Below, in pieces: positions 39,880 through 52,082 of a stretch of 64,000 nucleotides of DNA. How positions within the stretch are numbered: the first letter of the stretch is position 1; each line of letters begins with the position of its first letter. Below the pieces are notes generated by a model. The model ran no database searches, had not been told where the DNA came from, and worked only from the letters and a program-made list of their open reading frames with translations. The translations under genes were made by a program, and so were the position numbers. Origin of the DNA: Nitrospirales bacterium (GTDB taxonomy: Bacteria > Nitrospirota > Nitrospiria > Nitrospirales > UBA8639). The DNA lies in NCBI GenBank assembly GCA_965223295.1, contig CBDCWC010000002.1:544001-608000 (forward strand), given 5' to 3'.

Positions 39880-40901
39880 GTCGCAAGTTCTTTGGTGTAG
39901 GAAATAAGTTTTTCCAGTTTTTCAAATGGGGCGCCACTATCCAGAATTCGGCTCGCTTCTTCATAGCCAGCTTTCAGTGATGTTGCTTTATTGCAAGCGA
40001 CTAACGCCGGTGCGGCATTCATCAAAACAATATCTCGTTTAGGACTATGGCTTCCTCGTAAAATGTCTTGAATAATTGCCGCGTTGTCTTTTGGTGTTCC
40101 GCCCAAGAGTTCTTGAGGAGCCACTGGTTTCAATCCAAAATCTTCAGGTTTCACGACATAACTCGCGACTCGTCCATTTTTACCTTCAGCAATTGTTGTG
40201 GGGCCAGTGAGTGAAATTTCGTCTAATCCATCCATGCCATGTAAAACAAAACAATGCTGTGTTCCCAAACGCACAAGGACTTGTGCCAGCTTTTCTGTGA
40301 GGGAAGCCTCATAGACGCCTAAGATTTGAATGGTGGCACCCGCTGGATTCGATAAGGGGCCCATGATATTCATTAACGTTCGAATACCCATGTCGGCTCG
40401 GGGTTTTGCGCAATGTTTCATGGCGCCGTGGTAGAGCGGGGCAAATAAAAATCCAATGCCCACTTCATTGATGCAGTCTCCAATTTTTTGGGGAGAGAGA
40501 TCAATATTCACACCGAGGGCCGCCAATACATCGGCGCTCCCTGAACGTGAGGACACCGAGCGATTCCCATGTTTAGCTACTGTAATGCCAGCACCGGCCA
40601 CGATAAATGCCGTGGCGGTGGAAATATTAAAGGTGTGGCTGCCATCACCTCCTGTTCCACAGGTATCGACCACTTGGGGATCAGAAATAGGAACCCGGAT
40701 GGCCAGGCTTCGCATGGCTCGCACGGAACCGCTAATTTCTTCGATGGTCTCCCCCTTCATGCGCAATCCCATTAAATAGGCGGCGATCTGAGCATCAGTG
40801 GCATTCCCCGCCATGATTTCCCGCATGACCTCCTCGGCTTCTATTTCCGTCAAATCTATCCGATCGGGAAGTTTTGAGAGAATGTTTTTGAGAGCACTCA
40901 T
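39876..40901 (-). CDS. trpD: Anthranilate phosphoribosyltransferase
   Basis: DTCGTGGDG..TFNIST and KHGNRSVSSRSGSAD motifs. Confidence 0.97.
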   Translation of the reverse strand: MSALKNILSKLPDRIDLTEIEAEEVMREIMAGNATDAQIAAYLMGLRMKGETIEEISGSVRAMRSLAIRVPISDPQVVDTCGTGGDGSHTFNISTATAFIVAGAGITVAKHGNRSVSSRSGSADVLAALGVNIDLSPQKIGDCINEVGIGFLFAPLYHGAMKHCAKPRADMGIRTLMNIMGPLSNPAGATIQILGVYEASLTEKLAQVLVRLGTQHCFVLHGMDGLDEISLTGPTTIAEGKNGRVASYVVKPEDFGLKPVAPQELLGGTPKDNAAIIQDILRGSHSPKRDIVLMNAAPALVACNKATSLKAGYEEASRILDSGAPFEKLEKLISYTKELAT

Positions 40902-40941
40902 AAATTGATATTCCTTTGGCGTACTCGTTGTCGAAATCGAC

Positions 40942-41529
40942 TTATCTGTGGAGAGACGTGGGAGTAGGAAAGGTTAAAAAATTTTTCAGCAGATTCATTC
41001 CGGCTTTCGTCAAAATGGATTCGGGATGGAATTGTACGCCTTCTGCTCCAGTGGGCAAGTGCCGAAGTCCCATGATCTCGCCTTCCACTGTTTCCGCAGA
41101 GACTTCGAAGTCATCTGGCAATGTTTCTGGGTTTACGATGAGTGAATGATAGCGCGTGGCTTCAAACGGATTCGGTAAACCGTGAAAAATTGTCTTGCCG
41201 TCATGATGGACCATGGAGGTTTTGCCATGCATGAGGCGATCAGCCTGCACAATTTGTCCGCCGAACGCATAGGCCAATGACTGATGCCCGAGACACACTC
41301 CAAATAACGGAAGTTTCCCTGCATACTGTTTAATAGCTTCAACCGAGATCCCTGCCTCTCGAGGGGTGCAGGGTCCGGGAGAAATCAAGAGTTGGTCTGG
41401 TGCCAATCGTTCAATATCCTCAGTCGTGAGCTTGTCATTGCGAATGACCTGCACGTCGGCACCCAGTTCCCCCAAATATTGTACGAGGTTATAGGTAAAC
41501 GAATCGTAATTGTCGATGACTAGAATCAT
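40942..41529 (-). CDS. trpG: Anthranilate synthase component II (glutamine amidotransferase)
   Basis: [23 protein letters not shown] and QFHPES motifs. Confidence 0.95.
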   Translation of the reverse strand: MILVIDNYDSFTYNLVQYLGELGADVQVIRNDKLTTEDIERLAPDQLLISPGPCTPREAGISVEAIKQYAGKLPLFGVCLGHQSLAYAFGGQIVQADRLMHGKTSMVHHDGKTIFHGLPNPFEATRYHSLIVNPETLPDDFEVSAETVEGEIMGLRHLPTGAEGVQFHPESILTKAGMNLLKNFLTFPTPTSLHR

Positions 41530-41647
41530 GGTAAAAAGTTAGGTGTGAATAGTAGGGGGAGAGGGGTAGAAAAATCTCAGAGTCTTATGATCGTTCGAAT
41601 CAGAGCTGTTCTTTACCTGACTCCTTACTTTTTACTCCTCACGGATT

Positions 41648-43144
41648 TTATTCTAAGCCGCATACGGCCATTTCTAGAGCTTTCATGACGGCACCGGCTT
41701 TATTGCGGGTCTCCTCGTATTCCCGTGCGGGATCGGAATCTGCCACGATTCCACCGCCTGCCTGGATATACGCCTTCTTGCCATGTATCACAACCGTTCG
41801 AATATTGATGCCCGTATCCATATTGCCTGAAAAGCTAAAGTATCCTACTGCGCCGCCATAGGGACCTCGTTGTGTGGGTTCTAATTCTTCGATAATCTGC
41901 ATAGCCCGAATTTTGGGCGCGCCAGATAAGGTGCCGGCAGGGAAACAAGCCTTTAAGACATCATAGGATGTATATTGGGAATCTAGGATTCCTGTCACTT
42001 GAGAGACAATATGCATGACATGGGAATAACGCTCAATCGTCTGAAATTTTTCGACCTGGACCGTTCCAGTCTGAGCCACGCGGCCAACATCATTGCGTCC
42101 GAGGTCGACCAACATGAGATGTTCAGCCAGTTCTTTTTGATCTGCTAGAAGATCTTGCTCGAGGGTTTGATCTTCTATAGATGTCTTTCCTCGAGGACGT
42201 GTGCCTGCAATGGGACGAACCACAATTTTGCCATTTTCACAGCGTACTAACGTTTCAGGTGAGGCCCCGACAAGTGTGGTGTCGCCAAGCCGGAGATAAT
42301 ACATATACGGCGAAGGATTGATCACCCGCAAAGCTCGATAAATTTGCAGAGGATCGACCCGGAGGCTGGTTTCCCACCGTTGTGACATGACGCCTTGAAT
42401 AATGTCTCCAGCCTGAATATATTCCTTCGTACGTAGCACCATCTTTTCGTAGTCTGTCGGAGTCATATTGGATTGAAATTTCAGAGCTGCTCGCCCCTTT
42501 CGGACAGGTTGCCGAACCTTTGTTCTGTGCAACTTGGCAATAATGGCCTCAATACGATCACGGGCATCACGATATATTTTCCGCAAGTGGGTTTTGTTTT
42601 TCTTAGTCACATGCACATTGGCGACCACTTTGATCGTATGGAGCACATTGTCAAAAATTAATAAAGTGTCCGTGATACAAAATACGAACAAGGGTGTCAT
42701 GGCTTTGGACTTGACATAGGCCGGGATCGGCTCAAAGGATCGCACAATATCATAGCCGATAAATCCTACAGCCCCTCCGGTAAAAGGAGGTAGCCCTTGA
42801 ACTGGCACGGGATGATATGGCGCCATAGCTTCTTGTACATGATCTAAAGGATTCGCTTTTAAGGGAATTCGTGACCGTTTTTGCCCCTGCTGGGTAATGA
42901 CCTGGCCGTTTTCCTCCCATAAGACAACTGATGGTTGGCTGCCCAAAAACGAGTACCGTGCCCAACTTTCTCCACCTTCCACACTCTCGAATAAGAAAGC
43001 ATGTGAACCCGTATTGATCTTTGTAAAAGCTGAGACGGGTGTATCAAAATCTGCCAAGATTTCTCGGTAGATCGGAACCAAATTCCCCCGGGCTGTCAAA
43101 GCGCAGAAATCTTCAAAACCCACTGAATAATAAGCACTTTTCAT
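41648..43144 (-). CDS. trpE: Anthranilate synthase component I
   Basis: LFESVEGGE..ARYSF, NPSPYM, PIAGTRPRG, EHLMLVDLGRND and GTLSGAPK; start ATG 43144. Confidence 0.96.
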   Translation of the reverse strand: MKSAYYSVGFEDFCALTARGNLVPIYREILADFDTPVSAFTKINTGSHAFLFESVEGGESWARYSFLGSQPSVVLWEENGQVITQQGQKRSRIPLKANPLDHVQEAMAPYHPVPVQGLPPFTGGAVGFIGYDIVRSFEPIPAYVKSKAMTPLFVFCITDTLLIFDNVLHTIKVVANVHVTKKNKTHLRKIYRDARDRIEAIIAKLHRTKVRQPVRKGRAALKFQSNMTPTDYEKMVLRTKEYIQAGDIIQGVMSQRWETSLRVDPLQIYRALRVINPSPYMYYLRLGDTTLVGASPETLVRCENGKIVVRPIAGTRPRGKTSIEDQTLEQDLLADQKELAEHLMLVDLGRNDVGRVAQTGTVQVEKFQTIERYSHVMHIVSQVTGILDSQYTSYDVLKACFPAGTLSGAPKIRAMQIIEELEPTQRGPYGGAVGYFSFSGNMDTGINIRTVVIHGKKAYIQAGGGIVADSDPAREYEETRNKAGAVMKALEMAVCGLE

Positions 43145-43151
43145 GGATTCG

Positions 43152-43180
43152 ACGGTAGCATACGCCCTATAAGGTGTCAA
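43152..43180 (-). promoter_or_regulatory. Sigma70 promoter giving a leaderless trpE transcript
   Basis: TTGACA-17-TACCGT with TG extension, 7 nt before the ATG; no SD sequence. Confidence 0.65.
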
Positions 43181-43213
43181 CGAACTGGGGGAATAGAAGA
43201 TATGAGTGGCAAC

Positions 43214-43259
43214 AAAAAAGCGAGAATCCAAAAGGGCTTCCCCTATGGACTCTCGCTTT
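43214..43259 (-). terminator. Intrinsic terminator of the LysM gene
   Basis: AAAGCGAGA.TCCA...TGGA.TCTCGCTTT stem with a T6 tract on the minus strand. Confidence 0.7.
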
Positions 43260-43290
43260 GAGTATGTTCTAGGAGGTGAAGAAGGAGTAA

Positions 43291-43947
43291 CTATTTACTG
43301 ACGGTAATTTCTTGGCCCACGTGAATGGTGTTATCGATCAAATTATTCCAGACTTTGAGATCATCGACCGTCACACCATACTGTTTAGAAAGGCTATACA
43401 GGGTCTCTCCCTTCACCACTGTATGTGTGCCGCCACCCATGGCCATGCTGGACGATTCAGCAACAGAATCTAGTGGAACATCATTGCCGTCTAGGTCCAG
43501 GTCTGATTCAAGCTTTGCCAGATCGGAATCTTTAAAATCGAGGTCTTCAAGTCCAAATTCCGATATAGAAGGTTCGGAAAGTTTCAGATCATCGTTATTA
43601 ACCATGCTGCCATCACGAGCGCTAGACAGTTCGTCATGAGAACGGCTCAATTGATCACGAAGTGCCTCTAACTCGGCGTTGAGATCACGAGTTTGAGACT
43701 CAAGGGAGCCAAGTTGTCGTTGGGTATCTTGATATTTGACGTTCAGTTCGCCCGTTCGTTTTTCTTCCTGAGCAAGGAGTCGTTGAAAGTTTAACGCACG
43801 AGCTTTCTCGGCTTCATATTTTTCTGTGCTTACGCACCCCGACAGTAGCCCGCTACAGACGAAAAGGCCAGCTGCAATTTTTAGATAGGTCATCCCAGTA
43901 GATGAAATGTGAGTGACCTGACCTGCTGTAAACGTTGGTAGCGTCAT
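43291..43947 (-). CDS. Lipoprotein with coiled coil and C-terminal LysM domain
   Basis: LSGC lipobox; heptad coil; HTVVKGETLYSLSKQYGVTVDDLKVWNNL...IHVGQEI. Confidence 0.88.
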   Translation of the reverse strand: MTLPTFTAGQVTHISSTGMTYLKIAAGLFVCSGLLSGCVSTEKYEAEKARALNFQRLLAQEEKRTGELNVKYQDTQRQLGSLESQTRDLNAELEALRDQLSRSHDELSSARDGSMVNNDDLKLSEPSISEFGLEDLDFKDSDLAKLESDLDLDGNDVPLDSVAESSSMAMGGGTHTVVKGETLYSLSKQYGVTVDDLKVWNNLIDNTIHVGQEITVSK

Positions 43948-44168
43948 GTTGCGGATTCCTCCTCCATTGAGTGTCGTTTATGTCCCTTTCTCCAATGGTT
44001 ACGTTCGGACTAAAAGGGTAGATGCAGAAAACATCCAGTTATCTTTTCCTACACAATAATTCGGATTCAGGGTAATGTCAAACCAAATAGTCCACCATTT
44101 TTGACAGACGAACCGAACACGTCTCTTCATTGACCCTTGAAAAATTGGTGTGCTAGTTTTTCTGCGCC

Positions 44169-45125
44169 ATGCCGTCAGATTTTTCTCTTCCACAGGAACC
44201 AACAACCTATCAAGTGGACCAAGTCTCTCTTCGTTTAGCTCGTCCTATCATACGGCAACAGCAGTGGATCGGGGGCCATGAAATTTTACAACAACTTCTG
44301 GCCTGTTGGTTGGTCGTTGACCAGAATGACTATCCGCTTTCTCCACGCATTATCGGACAACCCGGCGTTGGAAAAACAACCTTGGCGATGGCAGCCACGC
44401 AGACGAGAAAACAAGACCTGTATATTTATCAATGTACGGCAGATACACGTCCAGAAGACTTGCTCGTTTCTCCTGTCATTACAGAGGGAGGAAGCATTAC
44501 CTATCAAGCCTCGCCATTAGTCACGGCTATGGTGACCGGCAATATTTGCCTACTCGATGAAGGCAATCGAATGAATGAAAAAAGTTGGGCCTCGCTCGCC
44601 TCGCTCTTGGATCATCGCCGATTGGTTGAATCCATTGTAGCCGGAGTCCAAATCGCAGCACATGAAAATTTTCGTTGTTGCGTGACCATGAACGAAGATG
44701 CCTCAACATACGAAGTTCCAGATTATATCTTATCCCGCTTACAACCGACTTTAAAAGTTGACTTTCCATCTAAAGAGCATGAGTTGGCTATTTTGCACTA
44801 TCATTTGCCCTTTGCGTCTGCCGACTTACTAAACCTGACGGTGGACTTTCTCCAAAAAGCCCATCAACTTGATTTGGCGTTTTCGGTGCGAGATGGGATT
44901 CATATGGTGCAATATGCCATGAAACGGATGGCGCAAGATTCCACACATCCGTTAGCCCATGATGAAGCCTGGCGGGAAGCCTTAATTAAGGTGCTGGGTG
45001 ATGAGGCCATGGATTTAGGTGCTCTGGCCAAACGCCGCTCACATGCTCTTGGTAGCCAAGGTCTTCCCAAAGGATTAGGTGATTTCTTTTTTGAAGAAGA
45101 TTCGCCTCTGCATCCTGACCACTAA
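44169..45125 (+). CDS. MoxR/AAA_5-type AAA+ ATPase
   Basis: Walker A GQPGVGKT, Walker [16 protein letters not shown] and FSVRD motifs. Confidence 0.88.
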   Translation: MPSDFSLPQEPTTYQVDQVSLRLARPIIRQQQWIGGHEILQQLLACWLVVDQNDYPLSPRIIGQPGVGKTTLAMAATQTRKQDLYIYQCTADTRPEDLLVSPVITEGGSITYQASPLVTAMVTGNICLLDEGNRMNEKSWASLASLLDHRRLVESIVAGVQIAAHENFRCCVTMNEDASTYEVPDYILSRLQPTLKVDFPSKEHELAILHYHLPFASADLLNLTVDFLQKAHQLDLAFSVRDGIHMVQYAMKRMAQDSTHPLAHDEAWREALIKVLGDEAMDLGALAKRRSHALGSQGLPKGLGDFFFEEDSPLHPDH

Positions 45126-45219
45126 TTGACGAGTAGGTCTTGCAACTAGACAACGTCTCGTGTTTTCTTAGCTAGCTATTGCAGAGAGCTGTTTGAGTAA
45201 CTTCGATGCTCTATACCTC

Positions 45220-45410
45220 GGGACTGTTGGGTAATGATGATAACGTTGGCCATATTTCGTGTCTGAGACGTAATATGTCAAAGACCTCGGGTATGTTCAA
45301 AAAAGTCTGTTCAGCAAGGCCGCAACTCTTTTTGCGCGCGGAGCGTACTGGCACGACGTGAGCATGGGAAAAGAGCAAGAACGCCGCTGACAGCTTTTTT
45401 CAACAAACCC
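45220..45410 (+). mobile_element. MITE-like element, family A, copy 4
   Basis: GGGACTGTTGG...TTCAACAAACCC; 191 bp. Confidence 0.85.
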
Positions 45411-45434
45411 CATATCTTAAGTTTCTTTTTCAAC

Positions 45435-47318
45435 GTGTCTCAATCGCATCATATCTTTTCACTGTCTCCCAACATCACGATTTTGCCCATTGTCCATGGA
45501 AGTGGCGATATGGCACAAACCGTTCGGGATTTTATCATTTCTCATGAAGTGGATTGCGTGGCTGTGCCGCTTCCTCCTTCCGTTGAACCATTTCTGGAAG
45601 AAGGCGTTGCAAGCTTGCCAGTGGTAAGCGTGGTGGTATGCCCGGAACAAAACGACGAAGATGCTCCCTGTTGTTCGTATGTTCCCATTGATCCATGCCA
45701 AGCCGTTATTATGGGCATACGGGTGGCAATGGGAGAGGGCATAACACGAGCCTATATCGATCGTGAGGTCTCAATGTTTCAGGCAACGCCATGGAGCGGC
45801 CCCGATCCCTATGCGCTCAAGATGGCTTCGTTGGAAAGTTTTTCCGCAGCCGCGATTCCATTTTTGCCTTTGCCGGAACTAGACGGACAGCGGCAATCCC
45901 GCATCGCCTGGATGGCCTTTCGTCTGCATGAACTGGAACTTGACTATCAAAAGATTGTATGCCTCTGTCCCCTGATGGATTGGCCGTGGTTACGTCAGGC
46001 TTATCATGATCGTGCACCCTATCGTGGGTCGGAGTCACTCACTGAGCGCCCAGTGTGGTGGAATGTAGAGCCAGCCTCTCTTTATTTTCTTTTGGGTGAG
46101 CTGCCCTATGTGACGCAGCTCTATGAGCAGCGACGCGAGGAAGCTCGATCTGATAAGCATTTGTCGATTGATGGGATCAAAGAATTGGTTTTGGAATCTC
46201 GGTCGCGATGGCTGGCCTCCCGATCTTCGGCTGTTGCACAGGAGTCCAATTGGGTCACGCCTCAGTTACTTCAACGATATTTTCGTTATGTCCGCAATCG
46301 CACATTGCTGGAGCAGCGCCTGACCCCCGATCTCTTTACGCTTGTTCATGCTGCGCAGCAAATGGCCGGAGATGCGTTTGCTCTGACTCTGTTAGAAACG
46401 GCCAAGACCTATAGGTATCAATACGAATCGTCAAGTCTCGGAACAAGACCTACCGTAACCATGGGAATTGGCCAATTACAGGATCCTGGAGGAGAGCTTC
46501 TTCCCGCTGTCAATCGCTTGCAGGGTCATCCACAACAATGGCGCAGTCTCACACTCCGTCCCAAACCGCCAACTCCAAAGAAACAAGCATGGGCCTATCA
46601 ATGGAACCCTTATCGACAATGTTCTTGGCCCCCAGAAGATGAAAGGATTGAATCTTTCGCTGCCCATGTCCGGCAGCAATGTAAGCAGATATTAGGAGCT
46701 GATTTGGCGAAGACCGAAAAATTCAGTACATCATTAGAGGATGGTATTGATCTACGGGAGACGCTACGACATTGGACCAGGCCGTCTCAGCGTTCGGTCT
46801 TTGATTTGCGCGTCAAAGTTATTCCTCCAGCCAGAGGGACCATAGAAGTCCTCGTTTTTCTCTTTGATGTGCCAGCCGATCCGAATGTCTATACCTGGCA
46901 AGCCACTTGGTATGGGGAACACTATGAAGAATCGACCTTAAGCTTTTATGCCACTCCGTTTTCCACACAGATGATTGGGCCTGGAATTGGTCAGGCGAAG
47001 TATGGTGGTGTCATGTTTTTGTATCCCCCACGACCTATTCCTGATATTTGGGAACATCCTTTATTTGGCTTTACGGCCACGTTAGAGGAGCGGTTGTTGG
47101 CAGGAGCCTGTGCCTATTCGCAAGAACCCTACGTAGCTGTGGTCTCCCCCGTTCCCATGAAAAACACCTGGCGACAAGTTGCCCGTCGATTCGGTCGTAA
47201 GTTGGTGCCGTTGCCCTTACATCGGTTTTCAGGGCAAACGGTTGCCCGCTTGCGGCAGTTTCATGTATTAAACGGTCATGAAATCCGTAGTTATGCCTCT
47301 CGGTTTATTCGGGAATAA
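45435..47318 (+). CDS. Conserved hypothetical protein, probable MoxR partner
   Basis: 627-aa ORF; N-terminal ILPIVHGSGD...DCVAVPLP; GIDLRETLR motif. Confidence 0.8.
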   Translation: MSQSHHIFSLSPNITILPIVHGSGDMAQTVRDFIISHEVDCVAVPLPPSVEPFLEEGVASLPVVSVVVCPEQNDEDAPCCSYVPIDPCQAVIMGIRVAMGEGITRAYIDREVSMFQATPWSGPDPYALKMASLESFSAAAIPFLPLPELDGQRQSRIAWMAFRLHELELDYQKIVCLCPLMDWPWLRQAYHDRAPYRGSESLTERPVWWNVEPASLYFLLGELPYVTQLYEQRREEARSDKHLSIDGIKELVLESRSRWLASRSSAVAQESNWVTPQLLQRYFRYVRNRTLLEQRLTPDLFTLVHAAQQMAGDAFALTLLETAKTYRYQYESSSLGTRPTVTMGIGQLQDPGGELLPAVNRLQGHPQQWRSLTLRPKPPTPKKQAWAYQWNPYRQCSWPPEDERIESFAAHVRQQCKQILGADLAKTEKFSTSLEDGIDLRETLRHWTRPSQRSVFDLRVKVIPPARGTIEVLVFLFDVPADPNVYTWQATWYGEHYEESTLSFYATPFSTQMIGPGIGQAKYGGVMFLYPPRPIPDIWEHPLFGFTATLEERLLAGACAYSQEPYVAVVSPVPMKNTWRQVARRFGRKLVPLPLHRFSGQTVARLRQFHVLNGHEIRSYASRFIRE

Positions 47319-47336
47319 GCGGATGCCTAGCTCTAG

Positions 47337-49370
<2,034 letters not shown>

Positions 49371-49566
49371 CTCTAGATTCTTTTGTTTTCTTGGCCTAAC
49401 AACAGTCATGTTGATGTGCAGGCCATACTGAGTATGATGTGATCGTGGCGAAATGGAGAGAACACCGATCCCGGTTTTCGTAGTTAATCGAGTGACTCCG
49501 ATGGAATAGACGGGCGTTTTTTCAGTGGTAGAAGTAACTCACTTGGATAGCCGTGAAGGAAAATCT

Positions 49567-50526
49567 ATGAAAATCATATTAATGACAGCCGTGCTCCTCT
49601 TTTCTGTGCTTTCTGCGGTGTATGGAGAGGAGAATTTTGAAAAGTGGGTGAAAGAGTTTAAAGATGAGGCGACAAAAGCGGGAATCTCCTCTTCTCTGTT
49701 GGATAAAGGCTTTAAGGGCGTCGTTCCTATTCCGCGCGTTTTAGAATTGGACCGAAAACAGCCTGAGTCTACTATGACGTTTGCAGAATATCGTAAAAAA
49801 ATTGTCTCTCAACTACGGATTCAGCGTGGACGTCAGATGATGGCCCAACATCGTAATCTATTGAATAAAATTGGCAAGGAGTATGGTGTCCAACCCCGGT
49901 TTATTGTGGCTCTGTGGGGCATTGAAACGTTTTATGGAAAAAATACAGGGGGATATTCCATTGTGGAGGCTCTGGCCACGCTAGCCTTTGATGGGCGGCG
50001 AAGCCAATATTTTCGCACCGAGTTGTTGAATGCCTTCAGGATTTTAGAGGATCAACACATTTCTTTAGAGGCTATGAAAGGATCATGGGCAGGGGCGATG
50101 GGACAATGCCAATTTATGCCTTCTAGCTTTTTACGTTTAGCCGTTGACTATAATGGTGACGGACGTAAAGATATTTGGAATACCCTGGCCGATGTCTTTG
50201 CCTCAGCTGCAAATTATCTAGCTCAATCAGGTTGGCGCGGTAAACAAATTTGGGGACGGCGCGCCAAACTACCCGCCGAATTTAATTTCCAACAAGCAAG
50301 TTTAAAAATTTCTAAGCCCTTACGAGTCTGGCAAAAGATGGGGGTTCGCCGTAGTAATGGGCGAAATCTTCCCGTGGCCTCCATGAATGCCTCCGTGGTC
50401 TTGCCAGATGGAAAGGGCGGCCCAGCCTATCTGGTATATGACAATTATAGAGTAATTATGAAATGGAACCGATCCACCTACTTTGCCACAAGCGTAGGCT
50501 TACTAGCCGATGCGTTGGCGAAGTAG
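49567..50526 (+). CDS. mltB: Lytic murein transglycosylase (MltB family) with peptidoglycan-binding domain
   Basis: ALWGIET.YG, GSWAGAMGQCQFMPSS, DYNGDGRKDIW and WNRSTYFA; ATG 49567 after GAAGGA. Confidence 0.92.
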   Translation: MKIILMTAVLLFSVLSAVYGEENFEKWVKEFKDEATKAGISSSLLDKGFKGVVPIPRVLELDRKQPESTMTFAEYRKKIVSQLRIQRGRQMMAQHRNLLNKIGKEYGVQPRFIVALWGIETFYGKNTGGYSIVEALATLAFDGRRSQYFRTELLNAFRILEDQHISLEAMKGSWAGAMGQCQFMPSSFLRLAVDYNGDGRKDIWNTLADVFASAANYLAQSGWRGKQIWGRRAKLPAEFNFQQASLKISKPLRVWQKMGVRRSNGRNLPVASMNASVVLPDGKGGPAYLVYDNYRVIMKWNRSTYFATSVGLLADALAK

Positions 50527-50553
50527 GAGAAGGATAGTAGGGCGTCTACTTTT

Positions 50554-51825
50554 CTAAGATTCGGTAGCGACGGGAGAGGGTTCTTCAGTTTCGGTTTCAG
50601 GAATGACTTCTTCTTTGATGATCTGGACGCTTTTAATGGAACGTTCGTCGGCTTCATGAACTATAAGAATACAATTGTCGGTGTTCACTTTTTCCCCAAC
50701 GGCTGGAATGTGTCCCAGCTCTTCAAGAATGAGCCCACTGATGGTATTTTGCTCATCGTCTAATTCAACATTCAAAAATTCATTGATACGGCGCACTTCG
50801 GTCCGGCCATCAACCAGGATTTGATTTTTCCCAGTCCGGCGAATCCATTCTTCATGCAGGTCACCTTCATCTAATATTTCTCCAACCACTTCTTCCAGTA
50901 AGTCTTCGACCGTGACGAGGCCGATGACGCCGCCAAATTCGTTCACGACCAACGCTATATGTCGTTTTTCTTTTTGAAATTGCTTTAAAAGTTCATCGGC
51001 CGGTTTAGTGCCAGGAATGAACAGAGTGGGTTTGGCTAATTCATTCAGCTTTCGTTGGGCGTGGGATTGAGCCAGCTCCATGAGAGCATGACTACGATAA
51101 AGAATGCCCGTAATGTTATCGGGATTTCCGTCGTGAATGGGAATGCGAGAATGTTTGGCTTTATACAAATCTTGCCGTGCCCCTTCTAAGGTCTGTGTCC
51201 CGTCTAGCATGAACATGTAGATGCGCGGGGTCATGACATCTTCGGCGGTCACATCATTGAACTCGAACACATTTTTAATCATTTTGACTTCATCTGTTTC
51301 GAGAACTCCGGCCTTGCCGCCGGCATCTAACATGATTTTGAGTTCCTCTTCGGTGATAAAGGGTACGGTTAATCCGCGCCCGCCAGTGAGTTTCAAGATA
51401 AACGGTTCCAGGAAATAGAGAAATGGGGAAAACGCTTGTTCCAGCCAATAGATGGGATAGGACAGAATTTGGACGGCGGTTTCAGCGTATTTGGCGCACA
51501 GGGTTTTGGGAACAATTTCCCCAAATAATAAAACCATAAAGGTTAAGAGCCCGGTAGCCACGGCCACGGCTTCGGATCCAAATAGGCGAATGGCAATTAA
51601 GGTAGCCATGGAAGCTGCCATGATATTTACCAGATTATTGCCAATCAGAATGGTAGACAGTAGTCGTTGGGGATTAGATCGAAGTTTGAGAGCCATTTTG
51701 GCCCCTTTATGGCCTTCGTCCACTAACGTTTTCAAGCGGGATTCTGTAATGGAGAAGAAGGCGATTTCCGCACCGGAGAAGAATGCCGACAACCCTAGAC
51801 AGATAAAAACAGCAATAAAATCCAT
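50554..51825 (-). CDS. CNNM/DUF21-CBS-CorC (hemolysin-family) transporter
   Basis: [26 protein letters not shown] and [23 protein letters not shown]. Confidence 0.93.
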   Translation of the reverse strand: MDFIAVFICLGLSAFFSGAEIAFFSITESRLKTLVDEGHKGAKMALKLRSNPQRLLSTILIGNNLVNIMAASMATLIAIRLFGSEAVAVATGLLTFMVLLFGEIVPKTLCAKYAETAVQILSYPIYWLEQAFSPFLYFLEPFILKLTGGRGLTVPFITEEELKIMLDAGGKAGVLETDEVKMIKNVFEFNDVTAEDVMTPRIYMFMLDGTQTLEGARQDLYKAKHSRIPIHDGNPDNITGILYRSHALMELAQSHAQRKLNELAKPTLFIPGTKPADELLKQFQKEKRHIALVVNEFGGVIGLVTVEDLLEEVVGEILDEGDLHEEWIRRTGKNQILVDGRTEVRRINEFLNVELDDEQNTISGLILEELGHIPAVGEKVNTDNCILIVHEADERSIKSVQIIKEEVIPETETEEPSPVATES

Positions 51826-52082
51826 GGGTGGATTAGCGAGCTCCGGCAGGACGGGTGCAGACGGAAATGGCGCTCAACGTGGAGACTTGAGATGCAGAAC
51901 GGAATATGAGGGAGAAAGGAATCAGAAGAATTAGAGAGGGATTGATAGTTTGGCCAGCAGAGGATCCATCAGAGATGTGATCATGTGACCCATCAGTTTC
52001 CATGTAGAAAATAGGCTACCACAAGGTTGAGGATTGTTGCAATTATTTCAAGGAAATATTCGAAAATTCAAATAAAAATCAA

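Noticed and set aside
43214-43259. Hairpin upstream of trpE as a trp attenuator
   Set aside because: The predicted trpE promoter lies downstream of it and no Trp-rich leader exists; it is better explained as the LysM gene terminator.
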